DNA of 64,000 nucleotides from the human T2T-CHM13v2.0 reference genome, Homo sapiens: NCBI RefSeq assembly GCF_009914755.1, contig NC_060930.1; one strand, 5' to 3'. Shown piece by piece: positions 1 to 13,268 of this stretch (position 1 is its first letter; each line of letters starts with the position of its first letter). The notes under the pieces were generated by a model. It saw only the letters and a program-made list of their open reading frames with translations, ran no database searches and was not told where the DNA came from. The position numbers and the translations under genes were made by a program.

Positions 1-130
1 GTGATGGGATGATTTGTGCAGCAAACCACCTTGGTACACATTTCCCTATGTTACAAACCTGTGTATCCTGCACATGTACCCCTGAACTTAAAATAAAAGT
101 TGAAGAAAAAAAATAAAATTAAAATAAAAT
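1..130 (+). mobile_element. 3' end of an L1 (old L1PA/L1PB-type) with A-rich tail
   Basis: GCAGCAAACCACC..TATGTTACAAACCTG..CCTGCACATGTACCCCTGAACTTAAAATAAAAGTT followed by an A-rich tail matches the L1 3' terminus. Confidence 0.85.
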
Positions 131-434
131 AGTGGTGTTCTTTCTATATATTTTAAATCATAAATATACTCACTGCATTAATCTTTCTCTAATGCTTTTT
201 CTAACACCAAATTTATTACCACACCTTGAAATCTTGTAATATTCACAGACAATAAGAGCGATTTTTATGTGGTGATAAAGAACACGTTCTTACATAGCTA
301 ACAGCTACGCAAATTGTCAATTACCAAATAAACTCTCCCAAATCTTCACTCGTTTTGCTTAACAAGTTTTTTAGCTTTAAAATTACCAATAATTCAGAAG
401 ATATTTTTATTTTTGCCACAAATGAGAACAATCC

Positions 435-486
435 TGTGTTGTGTGTGTGTGTGTGTGTGTGTGTCTGTGTGTATGCATATGTGTGT
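435..486. repeat. (TG)n microsatellite
   Basis: Direct reading. Confidence 0.95.
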
Positions 487-610
487 TTACACCTTAGCAT
501 AGGGTTCTGTTAATCAGTATTTCCTCACCAAGAAAAATGATCAGAGTCCAGAGTTAATTTCTCCCAGCAGCTGAACTGGAATGGCTTTTTCTGAAAGGGG
601 GCTCACTTAC

Positions 611-687
611 TCTTCTTGTACTGCTTTCTGGTTCACTGCACAATTTCATGCCTCAATCTGCATAAGAATGCCACCATGGCTGCATGC
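611..687 (-). other. Candidate 77-nt non-coding exon
   Basis: Minus strand reads gctttcttccactgctatttcAG|GCATG...AAGAAGA|GTAAGTgag (pyrimidine tract plus AG, consensus donor); all three frames hit a stop. Confidence 0.25.
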
Positions 688-889
688 CTGAAATAGCAGT
701 GGAAGAAAGCTCTGACATCAGCTTCTCTCCCTACTGAAAGTGTAATTGTGAGTTGGAAAAACTGCCTCCTGCTGAGGGCTGGCTCCATATGTATATTTCT
801 CCACCAGCAAACAACAGCCTTTGAATGTCCTTGCTGGTCACAGCTACACTGAAACCTACAAATCCCAAGATTCCATTTATCAAAATGTT

Positions 890-1030
890 TTTTCCTGGCT
901 AGAAATGTGCTTCCGTTTCCTCCTGTGGTTCTCTGTAATTCAGTGATCACCAAAGCCAGAAACCTTAGAGCCATTGTCCATAACTCCTGCCTTTTCTCAC
1001 CCATGTCTAATGATTCTGGTTCCAAAAAGA
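890..1030 (+). mobile_element. L2 fragment
   Basis: CCAAAGCCAGAAACCTTAGAGCCATTGTCCATAACTCC resembles the L2 'CCAAGCCAGAAACCTGGGAGTCATCCTTGACTCC' segment. Confidence 0.55.
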
Positions 1031-1369
1031 CTTTCTAATCTCCTCTGTTGTTCTCTTTATTTCTTTAAACAAACAAATAGTAAATAAAAATGAGCTACTA
1101 TATGCTTAGTTTCTATGTAAAAAACGATTTGAAAAAAGATTACCTATTCAATAAATTGTATTTCATGTATAACTCCAATTAATTAAAAAAATAGGTTTTT
1201 TTTCCTCCTGTCTTATGCAGCTGATCTGAAATGAAATCTATAATACTTACTGAGGGAGTTGGAGAAAAACAATTTGAAAAAATTTACAATATATATTTAG
1301 AGAGATAAAAATAAAGGCAAGCAACACAAGAACATAACAGAATACAGTTATGATTCTGTCTGCTGTGGA

Positions 1370-1900
1370 GGATGTGTAGATAAATATGCACTAGAGGAGT
1401 CAGGAAAAACTTCAGCATAGAGGAGGACTTTTCTGAGTCATGGAAGGTAAATGAAGATAGACTATGAAACATCAAGTGAGGAAGACAATATGAACAAAGA
1501 AATAAGTGTGTATTTGTGTGTGTGTGTGTGTGTGTGTGTGTATTTTTCCAACATCTGTGTGCTTGGCATCATAGAAACCATGATGAATAGAGGGAAAAAT
1601 CTATACTGAAGATGCATTTTATATAGTTAGAAGGAGGCCACATTATGACCGGACTTTAAAACAAAACTATTGAAATATGAATTAGGGACTGATATAAATT
1701 ATTTGACAAAGCATGGTTTAGGTGAGTAGAATTTAAGGAATATAGCAAAGAGTACTTTGTTTCCAGCAGATCAAGTATCACACATGATGGGGGCTTCTAT
1801 TGAAGTGATTTCATTATAAAATGATGTAGGCCTGGGTGAAGTGATGGGATGGGTAGATGGAAGAGAGCTAAAGCTAACTTTATGGTCTGTAAAAAAAAAA
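1370..1900 (-). mobile_element. Degenerate L2 fragment(s) with an internal (TG)n at ~1506-1541
   Basis: Purine-rich GGAGTCAGGAAAAACTTC..GAGGAGGACTTTTCTGAG..GAAGGTAAATG pattern typical of antisense L2. Confidence 0.45.
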
Positions 1901-2144
1901 AAGAATGCATTTGGATGAGGCTAATTTTGGAGAAAGGGGACTGGAGAAGAATGCAGTTATTTGCTAAACATGTTCTCTATTGTTAGGCAACAAATGGGAA
2001 AAAGAATACAGAACCATGTAACTATCATCAGTAGAAAGTAGACTTCACACTTGGGTTTGAAGTGGAGGTATTTATCCAAGATTTGTCTTGGATCCATTTG
2101 ATTAAAATGACCATTAAAATAACTCCAACATCTCATTTTAAAAC

Positions 2145-2270
2145 AGTAATGGCTGTTAAAATTTACTGAATGCTTACTATGGTCAAAACACTATGATAGG
2201 CATATTACATTCAATTTATTACAGCAAGCTGATAAAGTAGGACTATTATTTATTACAATGTTATTTATGA
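2145..2270 (-). mobile_element. MIR
   Basis: AATTTACTGAATGCTTACTATGG..CACTATG..GTAGGACTATTATT matches the reverse-complemented MIR 3' half. Confidence 0.65.
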
Positions 2271-2529
2271 CATGTAACAAATGGGAAAAATATGTATCTT
2301 TTTCTTCATATGAGTCTTTTCTCAAGCTATTCTAGTATTGGAAATGTCTTTTCCTCCGTCTGGAAATATCCAACTATTACACATCTTTAATCTCATAAGA
2401 TCCAGTTCATATCATACCTTCTCCAGAGTTCTTTCTGCTTCCCAAACTAAAAGTAATTACTTCCCTCTAACATATTTTCACTTATACTCTCCTCTAACAG
2501 TAAGCATGATTACCCTTGCATCACTCTTT

Positions 2530-3060
2530 TAATTAATATCTATTACTGCCTAACAAATTATCCCAAACCCAGTGGCTTCAAACAACAATAATAAAATTAT
2601 TCTCTCTTAATTTCTGTGTGGCAGGAATTCAGGAGTTGTTCTGCTGACTTATTCTGGCTCAGGACTTTTCATGAGGTTGGAATCAAGATGTCATCTGTGG
2701 CTGTCATTGTCTAAAGGCTTGACTGGGACTACGAAATCCACTCCTGGGATGACTCACCTGCATGGCTGTTGCCAAAGGGCTCAGTTCCTTACCACATGAG
2801 ATTCTAAATGGGTATGTTTGAGTTTCCTCAGGATATGACATGTCCTCATGATAGGGTCCCTGAGAGCAAGTAATCTGAGAGAGAGGCATCCACAAGGTCT
2901 TTCCTTTCCTAGTTGCAGGGTCACACACAGTCACTTTACCTTATTCTATTGAATAGAAGTGACCCACTAATGCAGCCTACACTGAAGGAAAGAAAAATTA
3001 GGTTCCATCTTTTAAAGGAAATGACAAAGAATTTATGGACAAATTGTAAAAGTCAACACA
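2530..3060 (-). mobile_element. MaLR solo LTR (MLT1 family) inserted in an L2
   Basis: TATCTATTACTGCCTAACAAATTATCCCAAACCCAGTGGCTTCAAACAAC..GGCAGGAATTCAGG..CTGGCTCAGG is the antisense MLT1 signature; L2-like sequence lies on both sides. Confidence 0.8.
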
Positions 3061-4292
3061 TTTTTTAATGTGTCCTTTTCTACACTATTGACCTCAGAGG
3101 AGGAATCCTCCTTGCTGTCTTTGTATCCCCCAGGATAGCTTGGTACAGTGTATGTGCCTTGTGTCTATTGGTGCTCATGCACACGATTTATGTGTACATT
3201 TTTTTTTAAATTTAGAAGTCTAAAATATTTCAGTTAAGTACTTTTAGCACAAAAACATTTGAAAGTAGTGTAAATTAATTCAGCTTTTGCTTGGAATATT
3301 TAATATTTTAATACCAGGCTTCTGAATGTAATAGCTTAATAAATATTTTAATACAAGCCTTCCATATACATTATTGCATTATTGAAGAGATATTGAAGAG
3401 TGCATTATTGAAGAGAGTGACAACTTTTTACCTAAATGAAAAAGACCACTGGATCACTTCTTTTTCTAAACTAAGGAAACTAAATGCATAGAAAATTTGA
3501 CAGTGAAGCTGTGTCAGGGCCAAACTGCTCACTTTCATTTTGAATGAACAGCCTTGGTCATTTCTGGTGGTTATTTTGCTCTTGGTGTTTAATAAAATAT
3601 GTTTTAGTTAAATATCTTTTAAAATGTCTCCTTTTTTGAAGGACAAATGTTTACAGTTCAAGAGAATTAAAAACATGACTCTGCAAACCATGTCTCATAA
3701 GCAGTTTTCAATTGACAAATTATAGAGGTCAAAATAATAAACTTCTAAATGACTATTCTTATACTCCCTAAAGAGATAGTTTTGCATGGGCCATTCTAAA
3801 TATGATATAAATGTATGATAATAATAGTAACTTTGTAAGTAAAAATAATGTAAGAAATAATGGCTATTTTGAGTAATTAATCATAGTTTTAACATTATTT
3901 GAATATAGAAATATAATTTTCTTTTATATGTTCTCATTCTGAGATTCATCTTTAAGTATTGAGATAAAACCAATCTTCTTAAATAGCTGGCTTAAAAAAA
4001 TTGTTTTTTTTTTTCAAATAATTTTGAATTCTTCTAAGAAGAATTATCAATTTAAGATAAAATTTTATTTACCAAAGCAAAGGTTTCACTTTCCAAATAT
4101 TAAGTTTGAAGTCAGCATTGTTGGGAGAAAAGCTGAGTGTTGGAAGAGAAGCTGAGGCAGGGCTTGGAACATGCCTCACCACCTGTTTCTTTGTCTGATC
4201 ACCCCAACAAGTATAATGTGTAATTTCTAAACTCCAACTTAAGCCATGGTTAAAAATCAATCAATAACTAATATATTCAAAAATATTCTTCC

Positions 4293-4438
4293 AGCAGGGA
4301 ACAATGGCTCATGCCTGTAATCCCAGTAATCCCAGCACTTTGGGAGGCCAAGGAAAGAGGATCATTTGAAGCCAGGATATGGAGACCAACCTGGGCAACA
4401 AAGCAAGACCTCATCTCTACAAAAAAATAAAAATTAAA
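4293..4438 (+). mobile_element. Free left Alu monomer (FLAM-like)
   Basis: Left monomer only, with an A tail; internal 9-bp duplication TAATCCCAG. Confidence 0.9.
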
Positions 4439-4442
4439 CATT

Positions 4443-4558
4443 AAAAAAATTGTATATATACATATATAATTTATATGTATTATGTCACAATACATACAAC
4501 TTATATGTATTGTATATGAATTGTGACATAATACTTATAGATGTATATATATTTTTTT
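4443..4558. repeat. AT-rich imperfect palindrome
   Basis: GTATTATGTCACAAT (4477-4491) is the exact reverse complement of ATTGTGACATAATAC (4520-4534); the outer arms also pair. Confidence 0.85.
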
Positions 4559-7500
4559 GCCCAATGCCCTGTGTTTTAAACTAGGTATATCATACCCTCT
4601 TGGTTATGTGGCTATCTGGAAATGACAGATAATCAATTTAAAATGTAACCAGGGTGATATGATTATCTGGGGAGAGTCTGACTTGAATATCTATATATCA
4701 CCCTTTAGTTTGAAGTCTTGAATACAGCAAAAACCACAGCAAAAGCAATAGTTATAGAGTAGACATTTTCATGATTACTAAAGGTAGTAAAAAGGAAACA
4801 GATAAGACAAACTCACAGTAACCACAGGAGAAAACAAAGGATCCAGAAGGGAACCCATCAACAAACATATACTTCTCTAGCAGAGGAACAAACCTGGAAG
4901 AAAGAAGACAATGGGACTCATTGGAGAAATAAATCCAGGAGCCTGGATATTGTCTAAGAAAATGTGTAATCATAGAAGACACGTAAAATTAGCATAAACC
5001 GAGGGCTGGTGTTTTAGGAGTCCAAAATGTTGCTTGGCTGAGGAAAATGTTGAAGAGGAAAATTCAACATTATTTCATCACTTCATTTATTCTTGGTTGT
5101 TGTTTGTCATTTTCTTAATACTTTCAATCAAAGTATTTAGTCTAAGCTTGCAACTCCAATGGGTGATAAAGCTGAACCACAATCGTCTTCCCCATTCCCC
5201 TAAAATGTAAGGATATTTAAAATGTATTTTTTACCTTGCCTTAAAACTCTACAGTGATAGTAATTTCCAAAAGGGAAAAAAATAGCAAAAGATACCACAT
5301 GTTTTCTCACTTACTTCTACACTTATGCTAGAATCTATAGAAGGAAAAATATTTGTCTTTGTTTCTTTTTTTTTCAATGATTTGTATGAGACTTTTTTCA
5401 TATATTGCCAATCTAGAAATTTTTAATGCAATTACATTTTGAGGCATGTGCCATTAAAATGGCTAATTTCAGATCTTTATTTCACCTTGATTTAAAGGAA
5501 AAATGTTATCTCCCTAAAGACCAATTGCTTTTGTATGCCAAGAAATGTGTGTGCATTAGATGCTGCTTGGCTTTCCCAAAGCTAATTTTCCAGAAGTAAG
5601 AGAAGAACTGACTCAGCCTATTCATGTCTCCACATTGTTGCCATGCACACGTGGAAGGCAGTCTGAAGCAGGCTCAGACTGTTTGGCTGTGAAATTCATC
5701 ATGAGGAAGTCCTCTGGCTCTCCGTGATGTCTCACAGCTCCAAGCCCATTCATATTCACCAGGAACTATGTGGAAATTTATCTGAGAAAATACAAGAATG
5801 TCTCAATTTGAGCTCCATTGCTGACCTTGTGTGCAAGGAGAAAGCAGGCTTTGTGTGTTCCATTTTGAATATCTGGTAACTCAGCCCTTGACTAAGTCCC
5901 TTTGGTTAGTTGCTAAGCAGCATGAAAGTTAGCACACTCTCTACTTTAGAAAATCTTCAGGAATATTTACTTTTCTAAAATGAACTTTTGTTTATAAACC
6001 CATTTGATGAAATCAATCAAATGTATATACATCAGCAACTATTTAATAGGTATTTCTTCATGGAATAAGGAATCACAGTGTCAATTTGCCCATGTTGAGC
6101 ATATCTATATTTTGACAATGGAGTCATTTCTATAGAAGCAACAATGGTGCTGCATTTAAAAAGTTAGGAAGGTGGTAGATGAAAAAGCAATGAAAGTAGT
6201 AAACTATGGAATAAAGATACTATTTTATTACAATCTAAGTAATAATTAAAATAAAACCAACCAAAAGAAATGCAGAACAAACTATTAACATAAATACAAG
6301 ACTCTGTCTTGTAGAGAAAATAATTTCACAGTAAAGGTTTGGTTATACCACTTTTCCAACAATTGTACTACTTTTGCAAGGATTTTATTTATATGATAGA
6401 TAAGAAAATGAATAAATCTTTTTCTAAAAATGAATTCATTTCCAGTTATTTCATTCTTTTTTCTTTCAAATTACTAGTGAATCTTTAAATTTCAAGGTTA
6501 TGAAGAAATCAGTTTCCTTCAAATAAAAAATATATCAATCAACTGGTACTTTATAACTTTGAAAGAGCAAGTTTATTGCCAATAAAAATAAGGACAACAA
6601 AAAGGTATACAAAATAGAAAGGAGTATGAAAAGACAAGAACTTCTGATAAGGCTAATCTGAGAAATTCCAGTCCTCACTTGAATAGTACTTTGAATACTC
6701 ACACACATGAGATTATTGCAGTAACTACTGACAGAAATAAATATATTCAAATGAAAACATATGAAACAATACTTGATATTGTTTTGTGAGTGACACTAAT
6801 TTTGTCAAATATATTGCTTTTTTGCCACATTTAAGCAGTACAGTTCATTTTAAATGGCTGGTATTTTGTGGGTTTTTTTGTTTTTACTATGTTTTTATTG
6901 TGAATTTTGAAAGTCAAACTCTTTTTCAGGCCAACAAAAGCAAACTAATCTCATTAAAAATATCATTCCTCTTGTTCCTTCCTTTAATTATTCGTGTCTT
7001 ATTGGAATTTAGGAAAATTGATCCAAATACTACAAACATTGTTGTCAATTTCTTATATTTATTTCCTTGCTATGTCTCTAGAGTTTTCTAATGCCAAATA
7101 GAAGGTTTAATCAGTCTGTATTGTTTAAATAATAGAGTTTAAAAGCTATTTATTGGAAAGTATTTTAAATCTCATGTAAATGGAATTCTACTGGAAGACT
7201 TCTTTTTAAAATCATATTTAATACTTGGTTACACTTTATTAAAACACTTCTGGTTTCAGATTATCTTTTGAATGCAGCTAACCTATCACTAAGTTTTTTG
7301 TTATGCTGGTCCAAAGTCTGATGTTTTGTAATTTCAAAATTACTATAACTCTTTTCCTTGTTTCTTTCCTTAGTAAATTTCAAATTCCCTTTTTCTGGTA
7401 ATTTGTGACTTCCTTTCTTCATTATGTAGACATTCTTGACTTCTTAAAGCAAAACAAAAGGAAAGAAAAAAAGCAAATAACAATAACAAAACCCACTTCC

Positions 7501-8713
7501 CTTAATTCTGCATCTTTCTCTCTTTACAGGCAAATTTCTTAAAGGTTCAACCATCACTTCCACTTTTACACAGTACCATAACACTCATGAAAATTCCACT
7601 GTGTGTGTTTTCACAAGGACCTGATACAAGCTATGACACTGCTCATTGTCTCTCTCCTTTTCTCAAAATGTGCAGTCATTAATAATTTTTCTCAGGATTT
7701 TTATCATTAACCTTTTTCATATTGTTCCTAAATCAAAGTTTGTAATTCGAAATCCTTTTAAAAAATGCCAGAAGGCAATGAAGTATTCAGAAGATTAAAA
7801 ATGATGGTGTAATAACCAGAATCCACATAATCAAAAAGATTTGTGGTTCAGTGTTTTCTTTCTAAGGTACCAAATGAAAGAGTATCATGTAGGTTTTTAT
7901 CATGGCAATTTTTTTAAAGATATAAAATAAATAGAAATATTTATTGACAAGTATGTCAAATGCAAACTTGACCTTGTCCTGACACTTTTACAATATAACA
8001 TGGCTTCAAACATTTAAAGAAAATAAAAATTAAATGCCATAAAGTTGTTTTTTTCTCTTCCTCTTCCTCCTTCTTCTCCTCCTTTCTTTTTCTGTTTCTA
8101 TCATGGTTTTATTTTTTCTTTTCTGACTTTAATAGATTGATTTTATTAATTTACTAGGTTTTAGAGGGGCAGGTTTTGTCAATTGGCTTCATATCTACCA
8201 CTTTTGCCTCAAATGCCTAATTTTCATAATATTACTTAATAAAACATTTGAATACATTATTAATGCTCACTAGTGGAAAGAAATGGAATTAGAAATTGCT
8301 AAAGTGAAATCAGTAATTCCCCGCTAAACAATTAGGTATTTTAGATATTGAAGAGATTTTTGAATCATAAATTTGTTGGCTTTTCTCTGTTAAGTATATT
8401 CTACTTTTGATAATTAACTTTTTATGTTAAGAAAATGTCTAGAAACAGAAATATTTGATTGAAGAAACTAATTATAATGTTATACTGTTCCTTGAATAGA
8501 ATTTATCTTCTATGAAAACGAAGGTAGATTTCACATCCCCTTCTTTCACTTTTCATATTTCCCAACTGCAAGCAGACAATTCATATATTGAAGGTAATTA
8601 TTTCCTTTGTAGGCTTCTTTCTGTAACAACTTGGAAATGAGTACTTATTTATATTTTGGGTTATCCAACATACGATGCTATCAAGATGTGAGTTAAATTA
8701 TTTAGTTACTGGA

Positions 8714-8748
8714 AGAGAGAGAGTGTGTGTGTGTGTGTGTGTGTGTGT
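8714..8748. repeat. (GA)n(GT)n compound microsatellite
   Basis: Direct reading. Confidence 0.9.
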
Positions 8749-9849
8749 TTGAGGTAGCAGGGAGGTGGGGATAAGGGAGCTATTTGTCTAGCCTTGCATT
8801 TGTTTTGTGAAACAGACAACCAGAGATGACTATTTTTTAAATCACAGCTTGTAGTGAGCTTAAATTATGTAAAAAGGTACTACATATTATAACGTAAATT
8901 ATAAATGCAATATACTATAATTATTATTGTTTAGCATTATTTGATTAGGAATTCTACAGCTCTTATGAACGCTGTCAGGTTCTATTTAAGTGTGCAATAC
9001 TAATATAATTTAAAAAGCAGCTGTATTTGATGGTTTTTGTGTGTGTGTATGTGAATGCCCTTTTGCGATATTTCAAAATGGCGTCTAAAGCTTTGTCCTT
9101 GTCAATTTACTTTAACATTCTTTCAGAAGGTTCTGTCAAATTCTTGCTAAGCTTTACTTCTCAGAAACCCAAAGTGGTATTATTTGGTCCCTAAGATATA
9201 CAGAAGTTTGGCTATGGAAACAATTTCAGGTTTTATCCTGGAATTGCAGTCAGAATTTCTTGCTAAAATTCTCTATTTCCCCTCTATTAACCTCTTTCAA
9301 TAATAAGCAAACACATAGCAAAGCTTTAATAGTTTTCGTTACCTTTCATCTTGTGTTCTATAATTGTTAGCCTTTAAAATGTTTCAATCAATATTGAAAT
9401 TTTTTTGAAATGTAAGCCATTTGTTGTTATTACTGAGAAAATTCACTGGAGCCCCTCCACTAGTACTCCTGACCTAAAGGTAGGTCATGCTAAAGAGATG
9501 GAGGGGGCTGAGTACTGTCATGGAAGGAGATGCAACTCATACAAAGGTTAACACATGAAACTTACACATTTTTAAAAGTCTCATATTCATAAATAATGCT
9601 TCAATATATTGTTAAATAATTGAGATAACAGGATATTGTATGCTTTTTGGTGTGCATTTGAATTTTTCTTCTTCATCTCATTGAGGAAGTTCCCCATTTG
9701 TCTTCTCTTTCCTCAAAGAGGATATTTTCCATTATCAGATAAGTAGTAAAAACCAGAATATATCATGAAATGTAGACTTTGAACAAAATATTAGGATGAT
9801 AAAATACTCATGTAACCATTGGAATTATACTTTAAAAACACTGTATCAT

Positions 9850-10760
9850 GGCAGGGGTTAGCAGAGTAATTGAGACCAACTCTCCCAGTGAGAACAACTG
9901 GAAAAGCTAGACAAAATATTAAAAATAAAATCTGCACAAAGGAATCAGAGAGATACCAAGGAAGTTAAATTATGATTAATTAAGAAATACTTGTTTGTGA
10001 AAACACATCATAAAGTGAGTGAAAAATATTTGAAAAAGTTGAAGATATTTACAACCACATATATGTGAAAACAGAATTTCTACAAATCAATTAGAAGGTG
10101 ATAATCAGTAAAATAATGGGCAGCAGACTTGAATAGAAACTTTAAAAATAGCAAAGTTTGCTCAACATGTTTGGTTTCAAAGTAATACAGAATAACATAC
10201 ACAGATACTACTACAATTAACAAAAATGGCTTATCTTCAGAAGTCTGCTAATACCAAGTGTAGGTGAAGATATGTTCTTTCACAGACAGTATATGAACTG
10301 ATACTGCTCCTTGGAAAAGCTATTTGGTATTTTCTACTAAATTTAAATAAATGCACATCTTAACACCCAGTATTTTCATGTCTCTCTCTCTTCCTGTCTC
10401 TCTCTCTCTCTCTACACACACACAAACACACACACACACACACACACAAAGCAGAAATGCATGTACATGTCCACCAAAAAGTGTACAATGTACATAGAAA
10501 AATATGTATAGCAACACAAGAAACAAGCTAAATATCCATCAACAGTGGAATAATTGGAAATGAATTAATAAATTATAAATTAATAAATTCATTTATATAT
10601 TTATAACAGAATAGTCTAAACATTGAATAACAAACTACAGTTATTTTAATACAGTTATTTTAATAATATGAAAAACTGATAATGCTGAGTGAATGACAGT
10701 AGACAATACATACTGCATGATAATGCATATGAAGATTAAAAATCTACTAAAGTTAGTTTG
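9850..10760 (+). mobile_element. Old L1M fragments with a (TC)n(AC)n microsatellite at ~10381-10447
   Basis: CTAATACCAAGTGTAGGTGAAGATATG, CCTTGGAAAAGCTATTTGG, ACATGTCCACCAAAAA and AAATATCCATCAACAGTGGAAT are L1 ORF2-end/3' motifs. Confidence 0.65.
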
Positions 10761-11343
10761 CTAGAGATTTGATTAGACATTTTACTGCTGTTGGACATTT
10801 AAAGTTTTTGCTAATCTTGAATATTTTGTTTTTAAATGATGTTATGAAAAAATATATGAAACTAATATTTTGTTATAATGTTAATTTCAAGTGGAAATAT
10901 TGGGATAAAAGAATTACGGTTTTGATAGATAAATTTTGTCAAAATACTTGATTTCCAGAGAAAGCATTTTTGAATTCCTAAAACCTATTACCAGGATTGA
11001 CGATTTTAAGTTTATTAATATTTCCTACTTTGGAATTTAAAAAATGAATGTAACTGTGACTATTATTTGCTTTTATTTAATAGTTAACATGAAAATGTTT
11101 ATATCACATTTTAATGAAAAATTAAACATTTTAAATAGCACTTAAGGGGTTGCAATAAGTTATTCTCCCTTCCACTTCAAACACTTCATTGTCTATGGTC
11201 AGTTGAATAATGTTAAAATCATGGTTGTCTCATTTTTTTTAATAGAATTCTATATAAGCATTTAGGCTGGTGCTTTTAAAATTAACTCTGTAACAAAATC
11301 TTCAATTTCTTCCAAGATAATTTCTCTGTTTAAAGAATCTCCT

Positions 11344-11718
<375 letters not shown>

Positions 11719-13240
11719 TCATATTATCTCCTGTTTTAAAAGTCATATTAAGTAATTTATATTTTTGTGGAAAATTTATGTTTTAGAAGAATTTGCATAA
11801 AGTTGAATAGATTTGTATCTTAAAATTATTTTCATATCATGTACCTGTGTTATTTCCCCACTTAAATTAGTAATTTTATACCTAGTTTTATGTTTTTCCT
11901 TAATATAGTAATATATCCCTCTGCTTTACTTTTATTTTTGAAAAATCAATTTGAATTGTAATTATTTTGCCTAATGTATATAACTTAGTTTTCATCTATG
12001 TTGATATTTTGTTTATTTTAATAATCTGTATCTTCTTTAATAATATATTTTTTGCTTTCTCAATATGTTTTCAAACTTCAATTGTTAGAATATAAGTTTC
12101 ACTGTTTTGCTGCATTGTCTCTAGAGGAAAATGTGCATTGCTATTGGTTTGCTAGTAATTTGAATAATGGTGAAGAATTTGCTCAGTAGCTGGACTAGGA
12201 AAGAGATTCTTGAAAAAAGGAATAATTAATTCACCATATACTTGCTACATATTTCTCCAGTACTGATTCCACATAAGATTCACAGGTATAAAAATGGCAC
12301 AGATGATTTTAAGATTGGGCAGAAAACTGCAAGCCAAAATGAGCTTATTCTGGAAATGAATCAGTCATTTCCAGAAGTGAAAATTTATTTTTATATATTT
12401 TTTGTTTGTTTTTGAACTTGAAGAAAACTCTGCAGGATCTACCATGTCAGAAGTCACTTAGAAAAGCTTTCCAACTAAAAATATGACTTATTAAAACCAT
12501 TAATTGCAATGTATGTCCAAAATAATTTTTAAATATTTAAATGTGATTGCATAAATAATCAGAAAAAACATTGTCAGCCAGATAAGTCCTAATATTATTA
12601 AATGAGTGAATATATATTAGATTTCCATATCAAAACATTATAGAAAAGAAGACAAGTTTTAATATAAGCAAAATATAAAATTATATTTACATGTTTTTCA
12701 TCTGCTGTTTTTATCTACTCAACTATCAACATATAGATTTTTAGTACAGAAAATTCTAAGTTTTCATATTTTCACTGTTTCTGTAACACTCTTCAAAATT
12801 GATGCCTGGGTCATTCTTATTTTTTTGATACTTTACAGAGAGAAATAAAAGCATTAGGGTTATTTTTCATTAGCCATAATTTTCAGAACTAAAATGGAGC
12901 ATTTTAAAAGATAAGCTTAAGAGAAAAAGTAGAATTTTTACTCAGGTAGAAACTGTCATAAGACTTGGGATTTATTCCATGTTTGTCAGGATTCCAACAT
13001 TCTTTTCTAGATGAGTTGACTTTTATAAAATACTAATTTGGATTCAGGCCAGAAACTTTGGAGGTTATTTGTATTAAATATTTGGAAATCATATTTCTTA
13101 TTACATTTCTATTTTTTAAAGATGAGAAAGTATTTTTTGGCAGCACAAGCAAGCTCTCAGAATGAACTCTCTAGAAACCCTGCCAAATTTATGTTAGAGC
13201 TGCATCCAAGTAGAGTAGTAAAGACAGCTAATGGTTTTTA

Positions 13241-13268
13241 TTATCATTATTATTATTATTATTATTAT
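13241..13268. repeat. (ATT)n microsatellite
   Basis: Direct reading. Confidence 0.9.

Noticed and set aside
633-1025. 130-aa minus-strand ORF
   Set aside because: Non-ATG start, overlaps an L2 fragment, and has no recognisable domain.
5315-5334. 20-nt minus-strand micro-exon candidate (ttttccttctatAG..GTAAGTG)
   Set aside because: Too short, not frame-preserving, and expected by chance without transcript data.
5600-5900. AP-1/MARE-like TGACTCAGC and E-box CACGTG in non-repeat DNA
   Set aside because: Only isolated short motifs; not enough to call a regulatory element.
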